NCBI RefSeq assembly: GCF_963921235.1
Contig: NC_086112.1
Span: forward strand, 21,948,001-22,012,000
DNA: 64,000 bases
Source: Mobula hypostoma
Taxonomy: Eukaryota
Direction of reading: 5' to 3'
Part shown: piece after piece, positions 50,782 to 62,049 of the stretch
How positions within the stretch are numbered: position 1 is the first letter of the stretch
How the letters are laid out: every line of letters starts with the position of its first letter
The notes under the pieces: model-generated
Told to the model about the DNA's origin: nothing
The model's input: the letters and a program-made list of their open reading frames with translations, nothing else
Databases searched by the model: none
Position numbers and translations under genes: made by a program

Positions 50782-50858
50782 TCTTGTCATTGGTATTAAT
50801 TACATCAGGTTTTCATCTAGCCTTTACTTGCAGGCTAAACAGGTGACGCCTCCATGGA

Positions 50859-51060
50859 ACACACACAAAATGCTGGAGGAACTGAGCAGGCCAAGCAGCA
50901 TCTGTGAAAAAGAGTGGAGTCGATGTTTCGGCCCAGCCCCTTCATCCGCCTGATAAAATTACTCTTTTCCGTAGATGTTGCCTGGCCTGCTGAGCTCCTC
51001 CAGTATTTGTGTGTGTTGCTTGGATTTCCAACATCTGCAGATTTTCTCTTGTTTGTGATT
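50859..51060. repeat. Penelope-derived palindromic element (second copy, centre deleted)
   Basis: acacacaaaatgctggaggaactgagcaggcc...ggcctgctgagctcctccagtatttgtgtgtgt; possible TSD tccatgga (50851-50858, 51068-51075). Confidence 0.8.
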
Positions 51061-51092
51061 GGACTCATCCATGGAGTTGTGCACTTCGTCAT

Positions 51093-51790
51093 AAGTTCAT
51101 AGCGTCATCAGCACAGAAACAAGCCCTAAGGCGCAAATGGTCCATGCTGATCAAGGTGCCCATTCAAGATAGTCCCATTTGCCAGAGTTTGGCCCATATC
51201 CCTCAAAACTTTTCTTATCTATGTGCCTCTCCAATTGTCTTTGAGAAGTTGTTAAAAACTTCCTCTGCCAGCTCATTACAGATGTTTTCACCTTCTGTGT
51301 AAGACAAGTTGCTCCTGAAGTTCCTATTATATTTGTCCCCTCTCGACTTAAACCTACGCCCTCTAATTCCTGGTTCCAGATGCTGGGAAAAAGACTGAGT
51401 ATGTTAACCCTATCTATACCCTTGATGGTTTTATACATCTCTTATAAGATCGCCTCTCATATGCTCCAAGGAATAAAGTTCTAGCCTATCCAACCTCTCC
51501 CTATAACTAAGTACCTCAAGTCCTGGCAACATCCTAGTAGATCTTTTCTGAGCCCTTTCAAGTTTAATAATGTCTTTCCTGTAACAGGGTGGCCAAAACT
51601 GAACACAATACTCCCACGTTTGGCTTCAGCAGGATCATATATAACCACACCATGGCCACTAAACTTTTATATCCAATGGCAGCATGCCAAAAGCTTTCAT
51701 CACTGCCCTGTGATGCCACTTTCAGGAAACCATGTACTTGAACGCCAAAGTCCCTTGATTCTATAACTTTCCCCAGTCCCCATAGCACAG
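51093..51790 (-). mobile_element. CR1 3' fragment
   Basis: YKTIKGIDRVN, RDFGVQVHGFLKVASQ. Confidence 0.82.
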
Positions 51791-52439
51791 TGAGATTTGA
51801 TTTGTGTGAAATTTAATGGAAAACTATCAGTTACAAGAATATAGTTACTCATAAATCAGAATACCCAATGAAAACAATTACTTCACCATTAAACTCAGCA
51901 TGTGTTCAGATATTCTATTTTAACCAAATATGATTAGATATGCCACAGAATATTTTCAGATGAATTTTCAACAAAACTCATTTTTTATGATTAAAGGACA
52001 CCATGCAAGGTTGCTAAGGTTCCTCATCAACAACTAATGTATTAATACCAGGAGGAACACATATCAAGCACATACAATATTTCCTGTTAATTCAGATGAA
52101 GTACAATACCAATATAAATGGCCTTCCATTTATCTTGTTTTAAAGCATTTCAATAAACTGAGTGGTATTTTGGGAAAATATCTGTATCATGATGCAGTGA
52201 GAGCAATAAGAGGTGAGAAACTGCCTTTTACATGAAATTCTAATCATTAGGATTTTCTTGAAAATGCTAAAATGTAGGTGTAACTGGCAAAACTTAAGAT
52301 GGTTTCACATATAATGGAAATCTGCTTTTATTATTCAACCTTCTAACCCATTAAGAACAAACAATACCAAACCCACTCCTAAATTTAAATGACCTGTAAA
52401 TTAACTAACAGAAATGGTAGTCTCCTTAAATAAAAGGCC

Positions 52440-52790
52440 TAGACAGAGCAGACATGTGGAGGATATTTCCTTTGGCGGGGAAGTCTATGACAAAAGGGCA
52501 GCCTCAGAATGAAAGGGCAGCTCTTTAGAACAGAGATGAGGAGGAATTTCTTTAGCCACTGTGTGATAAATCTATGGAATTCATTGCCACTGCCGGCTGT
52601 GAAGGCCATGTCATTGGGTAGATATTTATAATGGAGATTGATAGGTTTTTGATGAATAAGGATTGTCAAAGATTAAGGGGAGAAAACAAGAGAATGGGGT
52701 TGAAAGGGTTAATAAATCAGCCGTGATGAAATGGCAAAGCAGACTTGATGGACCGGAGGGCCTAACTGTTCTCCCATGTCTTCTGGTCTT
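52440..52790 (+). mobile_element. CR1 3' end
   Basis: gagatgaggaggaatttctttagcc...tggaattcattgccac...tgtcttctggtctt. Confidence 0.85.
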
Positions 52791-53514
52791 TTTTAGGACC
52801 TGGGCTTGGAAACAACGTTGAAATGGTCATGATATATATATCTCAATAACTGCTATATACAGGTATGCCATAATATCAGAGAATTATAGATTATTTCCAT
52901 GAAATAATTACATCCTGTATGTTGTCAATTTGTAATACAAATCTAAACTTAAGAACTGCGATTCAGCAATGCTACAACACAAATGAGAAAAGGCTTCAAG
53001 TCAAATTACTGCTTTATATAAATTAGGAAGATTTATGCCATTCATTTATAAAGTATTGTTGTACATGCTCCCTAAAGATTGCTCGTTGTGGCTGACAAAT
53101 GGAATTTCTTAGCATTTAACTTGTATTTTACGAAGAGGGATGTGTGCATGTGGGGATGAGTTGATGAGTTACACTCTAAAAACAGGAAAAATGTTTTCTT
53201 TCATTTGATTTATATGAATTGTCAAGCACACTAAATACTTTACAATATTCAGCCAGACCAAATTCTAAACGTTCTGACAGATGCATATGGCTAACATATT
53301 TCCCCATAGAGCTTCTCAATATTAACTGCATACAGCTGAAAACTTCTTAAAATGTCTACATATATATTGTCTATCATGGTCTCTATTCAATGACCAATCA
53401 TAAATTTGTTAGAAAAGACAACAAAACATGTGACTTCAGCTGCGTCCTGTATTTTGACTGGGATAACATAAGATTTTTATATCTGCCACAAACTCAAGCA
53501 CACTATTTGGGATA

Positions 53515-53735
53515 AGGCCAAAGACATGGGAACTGAATTAGGTCATTCAGTCCATCAAGTCCGCTCCGCCATTCCATCATGGCTGATTCCGGATCTCACT
53601 CAACCCCATACACCTGCCTTGCCATATCTTTTGATGCCCTGACCAATCAGGAAACTCTCAACTTCCGTTTTAAATATCCCCACGGACTTGGCTTCCACTG
53701 CAGTCTGTGACAAGAGCATTCCACAGATTCACTAC
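53515..53735 (-). mobile_element. CR1 3' tail
   Basis: gaattaggtcattcagtccatcaagtccgctccgccattccatcatggctga...ttccacagattcactac. Confidence 0.8.
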
Positions 53736-54978
53736 TTACTGGATGTACATTCACTACTGATCTTCCCAAGAAAGCAGGAAAACAGTGTGCTCACTTTTAC
53801 TGCTGAAGCTTGGAATATAAAAAGAAGTACTTCTATACTAGAGTACAGCATTGATGAAAACACCTGACAGTCCTGTGACCACAGTAATAAGTCGTCATGA
53901 GTGGCAGCAACAAAAAAAGTGCTGGAAATACTCAGTAAGTTACAATGCTTTTGAGGAAAGAGGAGTAGGGTAAACATTTCAGTTGAATCTCGTGGAAAGT
54001 CATTGACCAGGCTGTGAAAAAAGCAGATTGAGAACATATGCATATATGTTTGGAAATTAGTTTTACTGGCAAAATGCCACTGGTTCCCAGCTAGCAAAAT
54101 TTAACCCAGCATCTCAAATTTCATAATGATCTATAAACGAAGCCTTGAATATATTATGAACACTATATTTAACAGTCTAATAAGCATTTTCAATTGGACC
54201 AAAGATCTGCATCATATTTTACTTCGGACATAATGTCTTTGAGGGAAGATAAAAGCTTAAAAGCTCATAATGATGAGTTCTAGCATTCTGTGCATGTTAA
54301 CAATAAATGGTTATAAAAAATGAGAATATTCATTCCAACTGTGCTCATCCAGTTGGAATAAAATAAACCAGCCACATAGTCTTCAATCTGTATTAATTTC
54401 CTCTAATTGCTGACCATTGGGCTAGGAATTCAATGCAACCAACATAATTCACTTTAATGGGTCAAAACTTTCCTGCCTTCTTCCAACTGCAGCATTTATG
54501 TAGTCTTTTGCATATTTTAGGATATTTTGTATTTTGCAAATTAAAAAGGGTAAATTATGATAAGGAAATAAAATATTTTGCAGTTATTTTGTCTTAATCT
54601 GTTAGGATCCCTTATGTCTTCTTTCCTCAAAACATCATATTCAAATTGGATTAAAACTGCATAAAATTTTAGTTATGGTAACAGTCAATTATGAATATAC
54701 AGCTATTTTCACAACTTTTTCCCTACAAAGTTTCTATAATTAACTATTCTATAATTCAAATATATTGGGTGTAGCTAATATAATATACATTCTACTGACT
54801 CATGAAGTAAAATACATGCTACTATTCCATTGAACTACTAAATACATGAAATCAATGCCATTCTCACTAATTCATATAATAATCCATTAGTGAATTTGAA
54901 AATTAAAATGTATATGCAATAAATACAAAATTAAAATATGCAAACTCATGAAATAAATACAACTCACGCTACTAAATA

Positions 54979-57215
54979 CAGTGCATGCCGGTAAATTGGG
55001 ACACACTGGGACCAGTACATTTCGGCCCAATTAACCACCTATCCCAATTCACCAAAGTTTAATGGAAATAGTTAAATAGGTATAAAAATGACAACTACCG
55101 TTTAACTGAGTAACAAATTATGTACTTAAAATGAAAGAAAAATAGCAATACTATTACAGTGCTATAAAACTTCCTAACCGGAAGACCACAATCTGTGTGG
55201 ATTGGTGATAATTATCCCCCTCGCTGACAATCAACACTGGTGCACCTCAGGGGTGTGTGCTTAGCCCACTGCTCTACTCTCAATATACACATGACTGTGT
55301 GGCTAGGCAAAGCTCAAATGCCATCTATAAATTTGCTGACAATACAACCATTGTTGGTAGAATCTCAGGTGGTGACAAGAAAGTGTACAGGACTGAGATA
55401 CGGTAACAACCTGGCACTCAGTGTCAGTAAGACGAAAGAACTGATTGTGGACTTCAGGAAGGGTAAGACAAAGGAACACATACCAATCCTTATAGAGGGA
55501 TCAGAAGTGGAGAGAGTGAGCAGCTTCAAGTTCCTGGGTGTCAAGATCTCCGAGGATCTAACCTGGCCCCAACATATAGTTGTAAAGAAGGCAAGACAGT
55601 GGCTATACGTTATTAGGAGTTTGAAGAGATTTAGCATGTCAACAAATACACTCCAAAACTTCTATAGTTGTACTGTGGAGAGCATTCTGACAGGCCACAT
55701 CACTGTCTGGTATGGAGGGGCTACTGCACGGGACCAAAAGGAGCTGCAGAAGGTTGTAAATCTAGTCAGCTCCATATTGGGTACTAGCCTACAAAGTACC
55801 CAGGACATCTTTAGGGAGCGGTGTCTCAGAAAGGCAGTGTCCATTATTAAGGACCCCCAGCATGAAGGGTATGCCCTTTTCTCACTATTACCATCAGGTA
55901 GGAGGTACAGAAGCCTGAAGGCACACACTCAGCGATTCAGGAACAGCTTCTTCCCCTCTGCCATCCAATTCCTAAATGGACATTGAATCTTTGGACATTA
56001 ACTCACATTTTTTTTAATATACAGTATTTCTGTTTTTGCACATTTTTTTGATCTATTCAATATATGTAATTGATTTACTTGTTTATTCATTATTTTTTTT
56101 CTCTCTCTCTGCTAGATTATGTATTGCATTGAGCTGCTGCTGCTAAGTTAACAAATCTCACGTCACACGCCGATGATAATAAACCTGATTCTGAACTGTG
56201 TATTAGTTCCTGAAATTGAATTCATCCAGTTTGCGCTGCCATGTTCTTTTGATTGTAAATGAACAAAATCAGCGCAGATAACCAATGCAGATAATCAATC
56301 TATTATGTGATCCATTAAGTGATTCATTGCTTTCTTTGAACCTGATAGTGTTGCATGTTTGTAGCTAATGGAACCTTTCAGCATGACACGATAAAAAAAG
56401 GCCTGTTTCATTGGCACTGTAGATACCATCTGCACAAAATTTTTGAGGTTAAGTTCCGGAGTTTTGTAGCTCTCTGTGTTTCTGCACTTACAGCATCAGT
56501 ACTATCTTCTCACCGTGTGATTTCTTGAATTTAATGTGGTGCCAACAGTTCCATCGAGACAACCAAAGCTTCAAAATGTTTGTGATCAGCTTCTTAGGCC
56601 ATTCCTCTGCCTTGTTTCTTTTAAACATTGATCCACTGACGTGCACACCTCGTCCAATAACAATGAAAATTTTTTGTGATGTTCCTGTTGTCCCTCGTGT
56701 AATGCCCACTGCTCTCACAATTTATCCTGCGGATTTATCCAGCAAGCAACTGTAGATTTCAGCACTCCGGTTATCTCTGCCAGCTGACTATGAGTGGTGA
56801 TAGGCAGGTATCTTTTAATTTGGTCCAGAAAAATACTTTTCTCGGTTAGTGGCAAATCTTTTTGCGGCATTTTGAAAATTGTTAATGTCAAAGTAAACAA
56901 AATTATCAAAAATCACTGCTTTTAGAATTGGCATCCATCGACCCAAACGGATAACACAATACAAGTACATGCAACTGACGCTATTTAAAAACTGTTCGTT
57001 CTAAGCATAGTGTGGTCTCTTAAAGGCCACAAAAGTGCATGCAACTGACACCAATTAGAAATGATTCGCTAACAGTCTCCTGTCCCAATTTAGTAGCATG
57101 GTGTCCCAAACGGGAATCCCTGCTATTTTCTCAATTAGTTTTTGGTCTTTAAGAGTTGCCTCAAATAAGTGGCTGCCCTGATTAACAAAATGGGCCAATT
57201 AACTGGAATCCACTA
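54979..57215 (-). mobile_element. pogo/Tigger-like DNA transposon, internally deleted, split by a Rex LINE
   Basis: TA+cagtgcatgccggtaaattggg and ccaattaactggaatccact imperfect TIRs. Transposase remnants KDLPLTEK...QLAEITGVLKSTVA (HTH), WLSRWNCWHHIKFKKSHGE (CENP-B HTH) and IYSANETGLF (NADETGL motif) at about 56400-56880. Confidence 0.8.
55172..56193 (+). mobile_element. Rex1/Babar LINE 3' part, little decayed
   Basis: ORF 55240..55986 KTKELIVDFRKG...KKARQWLYVIRSLKRF...FRNSFFPSAIQFLN; short aact duplication at the junctions. Confidence 0.93.
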
Positions 57216-57289
57216 AACTAAAGTGAATAGAATGAGACAAATGAGGTGATGCACTATTTCAATATTTGATGGGCATCCTGACTTAGACC

Positions 57290-57850
57290 TTCCCTGTGTC
57301 TAGGTGGAAGGAGCCTAAACTGTGGCCCTTCCTCAGAGAGCCTTTGCATTGGTTACACACAGCTTCAGTTCATCCCTCAAGTATATAGTTCTGCAACCTG
57401 AAATGTGCCTGTCAGCTGCATTCCCTGACAGATATCTCACTGTGTGAGAAGCCAGATGTTTCAGGCAGACCACTGAGTTGATGAATTACAGCAGCATTTT
57501 GTGTGTGATGATGCACATCCTGTAAATCAGTGAGTCCTCTGTAATGCCGCTGTCTGGACCCTTGCATTCTCCTCCACACCTCTCGGCAAATCCACATTCT
57601 GTAATGAGGTGCGTGACTGTCCTTCCCACTGAAATTGTCCCAAGGTCAGTGTACATTAAGGATTTGACCTGATCAAGAAGGATCTGACTAGGAGAGTCTC
57701 TGTTACCACCAGCCAACAATCATTGGTGAGATCTGGTGATGAGGAATTCTGCCAGATGATTTGGACAGTTCACTCAGAGGACCTCCCCAAATTATTCAAA
57801 GAAACCTTGTCCCACAGAATCTGCAGGATGTTCCATGCTGATCACTGTTT
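57290..57850 (-). mobile_element. Tx1-clade LINE C-terminal remnant
   Basis: Reverse complement gives IWQNSSSPDLTN and TVTHLITECGFAE (Zn-binding domain after RT). Confidence 0.65.
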
Positions 57851-58548
57851 CTATTGAAGATTTTTTTTAACTGTTGTGTGCTCATCATGCATACGCAATC
57901 CCTGTATAACTCGTTAATACAGAGACAAGTCACATTTAAATTGTGGAAGGGCAGTCAATCCTATTCAGCTAAAGCTAATGAAATCCTTATTAAAAATGCA
58001 ATTATTCCACGAAACAACCTGCAATGTCCATTTTTCCCAACAAACAAATGGATTTGATGATGAAATGGATATGTGTTCAGTTGTAAGCTGATCTCAAAGT
58101 CAATTAAAATGTTGCAAAGGAAACTGGTTCAATTTCAGCAATAAATTGGGCATAACAGCACCAACATCAGTAAGGTTAAATGATGAATCCACAACTATGT
58201 TCATCTGTAAACTAAACAATGTAATTAATTCTACCTGTTGGGGCTTTTAACTGCTGTAGATTAGTACAGAACAGAGGCACGTTCAAATCAATTGTCTATC
58301 CTGATATTCACAGAGCAATAATTTGTTTTTTGCAAAGCATCCCTACTGCAATAAAACAGCACAAGGTGACTCATGGAAGCAGTAAAATAAAACAAAAAAA
58401 ATTAAACCATTTGAGAATATTGTTGAAGCAAAAAAACAAACTCAATCGCAAAGGTAAAAATTACAATCACTTTCAAAGAAGAGAAAAAATTAGGCAATAG
58501 AGATAGAAGTTTAAAGTTCAAAGTTCAAATTTATTATCAAAGTACATA

Positions 58549-59735
58549 CAGTGACATGCAAAAAGTTTGGGCACCCCGGTCAAAATTTCTGTTACTGTGA
58601 ATAGCTAAACGAGTAAAAGATGAACTGATTTCCAAAAGGCATAAAGTTAAAGATGACACATTTCTTTAATATTTTAAGCAAGAAAACTTTTTTATTTCCA
58701 TCTTTTACAGTTTCAAAATAACGAAAAAGGAAAGGGGCCCGAAGCAAAAGTTTGGGCACCTTGCATGGCAGTACTTAGTAACACCCCCTTTGGCAAGTAT
58801 CACAGCTTGTAAACGCTTTTTGTAGCCAGCTAAGAGTCTTTCAATTCTTGTTTGGGGGATTTTTGCTCATTGCGGCCAAAAAGTTCTATTTTAACTTCAT
58901 CAGTCCACAGGACTTGTTCCCAAAATGCATCAGGCTTGTCTAGATGTTCCTTTGAACCTTTTGAGTAGAACTTTTTGGCCGCAATGAGGAAAGGTATGTT
59001 TGGAGAGAAAAGGATGCAGAATTTCATGAAAAGAACCCCTCTCCAACTGTTAAGCATGGGGGTGGATCGATCATGCTTTGGGCTTGTGTTGCAGCCAGTG
59101 GTACGGGAAACATTTACTGGTAGAGGGAAGAATGAATTCAATTAAATACCAGCAAATTCTGGAAGCAAACATCACACCGTCTGTAAAAAAGCCGAAGATG
59201 AAAAGAGGATGGCTTCTACAACAGGAAAATGAACCTAAACACACCTCAAAATCCACAATGGACTACCTCAAAAGGCACAAGCTGAAGGTTTTGCCACGGC
59301 CCTCACAGTCCCCTGACCTAAAGATCATCGAGAATCTGTGGATAGACCTCAAAAGAGCAGTGCATGCAAGACGGCCCAAGAATCTCACAGAACTAGAAGC
59401 CTTTTGCAAGGAAGAATGGGCGAAAATCCCCCAAACAAGAATTGGAGGACTCTTAGCTGGCTACAAAAAGCGTTTACAAGCTGTGTTACTTGCCAAAGGG
59501 GGTGTTATAAGCACTGCCATGAAGGGTGCCCAAACTTTCACTTCGGTCCCTTTTCCTTTTTTGTCATTTTGAAACTGTAAAATATGGAAATAATAAAGTT
59601 TTCTTGCTTAAAATATTAAAGAAATGTGTCATCTTTAACTTTATGCCTTTTGGAAATCAATTCATCTTTTACTCACTCAGCTATTCACAGTAACAGAAAT
59701 TTCGACCAGGGGTGCCCAAACTTTTTACATGTCAC
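58549..59735 (+). mobile_element. Rearranged IR/DR-type Tc1 transposon (DD34E C-terminal half)
   Basis: TIRs of about 210 bp with internal direct repeat aaaagtttgggcacc; TA at left; KHGGGSIMLW, LQQENEPKH, SQSPDLKIIENLW on plus; WTDE on minus. Inserted in a Rex tail (58510-58548 and 59736-60090). Confidence 0.93.
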
Positions 59736-60394
59736 CTGAGATTCATTTTCTTGTGGCCATTCACAGTAATTACAAAGAAGCAAAAGAGAATCAATGAAAA
59801 TAATATACACAAGATGGGCAAACAACTGATGTGCAAAAGACAGCAAACTGCATATACAAAAAGGAAAAAAAACAAAATAATAATAATAAATAAAAAGAAA
59901 TAAATATCAAGAACATGAGATGAAGAGACCTTTAAAATGAGTCAACAGGTTGGTGTTTGGGTGAGTGGAGTGAAGTCAACCCCTCCAGTTCAAAAGCCTG
60001 ATGATTGAGGGGTAATAGTTGTTCCTGAACTTGATGGTGCAGGTCCTTATGCTCCTGTACCACCTGCCTGATGACAACAGCAGAGAGCCTGGCTTGGAAA
60101 CCACACAAATAGTAATGAAATGATTGAAAACTAATCAGCTTGTGAAATAATAAAATGGAAGAGTACATAGAGAGAAGAATGCTCTGAAGGTGGTGGAATT
60201 ACAGAGAAAGGGAGTGTTCATTAAATGCTGAAATTTCAAATAAGATTTTTTTTAAGTATGGTACTGTTGGACCTGAAACCAATGCAAGCAAATGGGTGAT
60301 GGGTAACCAAGATGTAAGATGTAATACTGGTAACAGAGTGTTGATTATTAAACCATTTTCTGGAGACAAGAAGTTTTTCAGCATGTGCAACTTT

Positions 60395-60995
60395 CTTTAC
60401 TTCCTTCGGAGTCTGCAGAGATTAGGCACATCATCTGGCAAACTTCTATAGATGTGTAGTGGAAAGCGTATTGACTGGCTGCATCATGGTCTGGTAGAGA
60501 AACATGGACCTGGCCCTGTACATCATGGGTAAACCTCTCCCAACCATTGAACACATCAACATGAAACGCTGTGGAAGGAAAGCAGCATCCATCATCAAAG
60601 ATCCTCACCACAAAGGCCATGCATGCACTTTTCTCACTGCTGCCATCAGGTGGAAGGGACAAGAGCCTCAGGAATTGCTCCACCAGGTTCAAGAACAGTT
60701 ACTACCCTTCAACCATCACGCTCTTGAACAAAAGCAGATAACTACCTGTCCACCTATTCAGATGTTCCCAAAACCAATGATCTCACTTCAAGGGCTCTTT
60801 ATCGTATGTTTTTATGTTCTCATTATTTATTGTTATTTATTTATATATGCCTTTGCACTCTTCTTGATTTTTCATTAGATCTTGTTATAGTTACTATTTT
60901 ATAGATTTGCTGATTATGCCCGCAGGAAAAATAATCTCAGGGTTGTATGTGGTGACATGTATGTACCCTGATAATAAAATTTGCTTTGAACTTTA
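60395..60995 (+). mobile_element. Rex-type LINE 3' fragment
   Basis: KAASIIKDPHH; aataaaatttgctttgaacttt tail. Confidence 0.85.
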
Positions 60996-61061
60996 ACATG
61001 CCACATTCTACACAAAATTTCATGCATGAAGGCCAGCATGCTCAAAGGTTTGTCCATCTCT

Positions 61062-61806
61062 GGCTACGTCCACACTACGCCGGATAATTTTGAAAACGAA
61101 GCTTTTTCTCTTCGCTTTGACTCTCTGTCCACACTAAAATGGCATCTTCATCCCCCGAAAATGGAGATTTTCATAAACGGTCTCCAGAGTGAATAAATCT
61201 GAAAACACCTAATATCCGTTGCAGTGTGTACGGGGTAACCGGAGCTTTTTAAAACCGCTGTCATGACGTGCCGGAACAGATGGCGGCAGCCCAGCATTTC
61301 ATTATTTTCTTCTTCTTCTTATTATTATTATTATTACTACTTTATTGTCGCCAAACAATTGATACTAGAGCGTACAATCATCACAGCGATATTTGATTCT
61401 GCGCTTCGCAGAACCTAACAAATTCAGAACAGGCGGCAACGAGACTAAAGCCAGAGGAGTTAGAAATGTACTCACCAAATACTTTGATCCAGAGCTTACT
61501 GAATAAATAAGTATACTCACTTTGCCCTGTTTTCTGTCCTTGCTTATATGAAGGTGGTTTACCTATTTATGCAAGTACTTCTCTGACAATAGATGTGTAA
61601 CAGCCTAATGTAACATTGTATGGAAATACAAGATAACACTGATGCAGACATGTTTTATACATTTAACAAGGTGCTTTGTTAATGCAACAGAGTTAGTCAG
61701 TTTTTCAATGTTCGTCATCAGCCGGGTCATACTGTCCACGAACTCCCTGTCGGTTGCCTCCATACGCTCCAGAATGCTTTTTTTAGTTTTAAGTCCTCCT
61801 GCGTGA
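61062..61806. mobile_element. PIF/Harbinger-derived non-autonomous element (one terminus seen)
   Basis: Starts GGCTACGTCCACACTA with subterminal gtccacact repeat. Plus remnant NETKARGVRNVLTKYFDP converges on minus remnant EDLKLKKSILERMEATDREFVDSMTRLMTNIEKLTNSVA. Confidence 0.7.
61300..61410 (-). repeat. (TTC)n(TTA)n microsatellite forming the tail of a short retroelement 3' end
   Basis: Reverse complement: ...gtttggcgacAATAAAgtag(taa)n(gaa)n. Confidence 0.55.
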
Positions 61807-62049
61807 TGTCAAATTCTTGAGACAACTCCTATACACAAAGCATGCTGTCTATCCCAAGTCAGCCTTGGCTTTTCAAATGCATGTGTTCCTTATCTCTCAG
61901 AATTCCTTCCAATAATGTACCTAGCAAAGATGTTAGGCTTGCTGGTCTATAGCTCCCAGGTTTTCTTTGCAACCTTTTTTAAGTAAAAGTACAATATTAG
62001 CCATCGTCCAATATACCACCACCTCACCCATTTCTAATGATGACGCAAT

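Noticed and set aside
59078-59572. Active Tc1 transposase
   Set aside because: No DNA-binding domain, the first catalytic D is on the opposite strand, the second motif reads QENE instead of QDND, and there is a frameshift.
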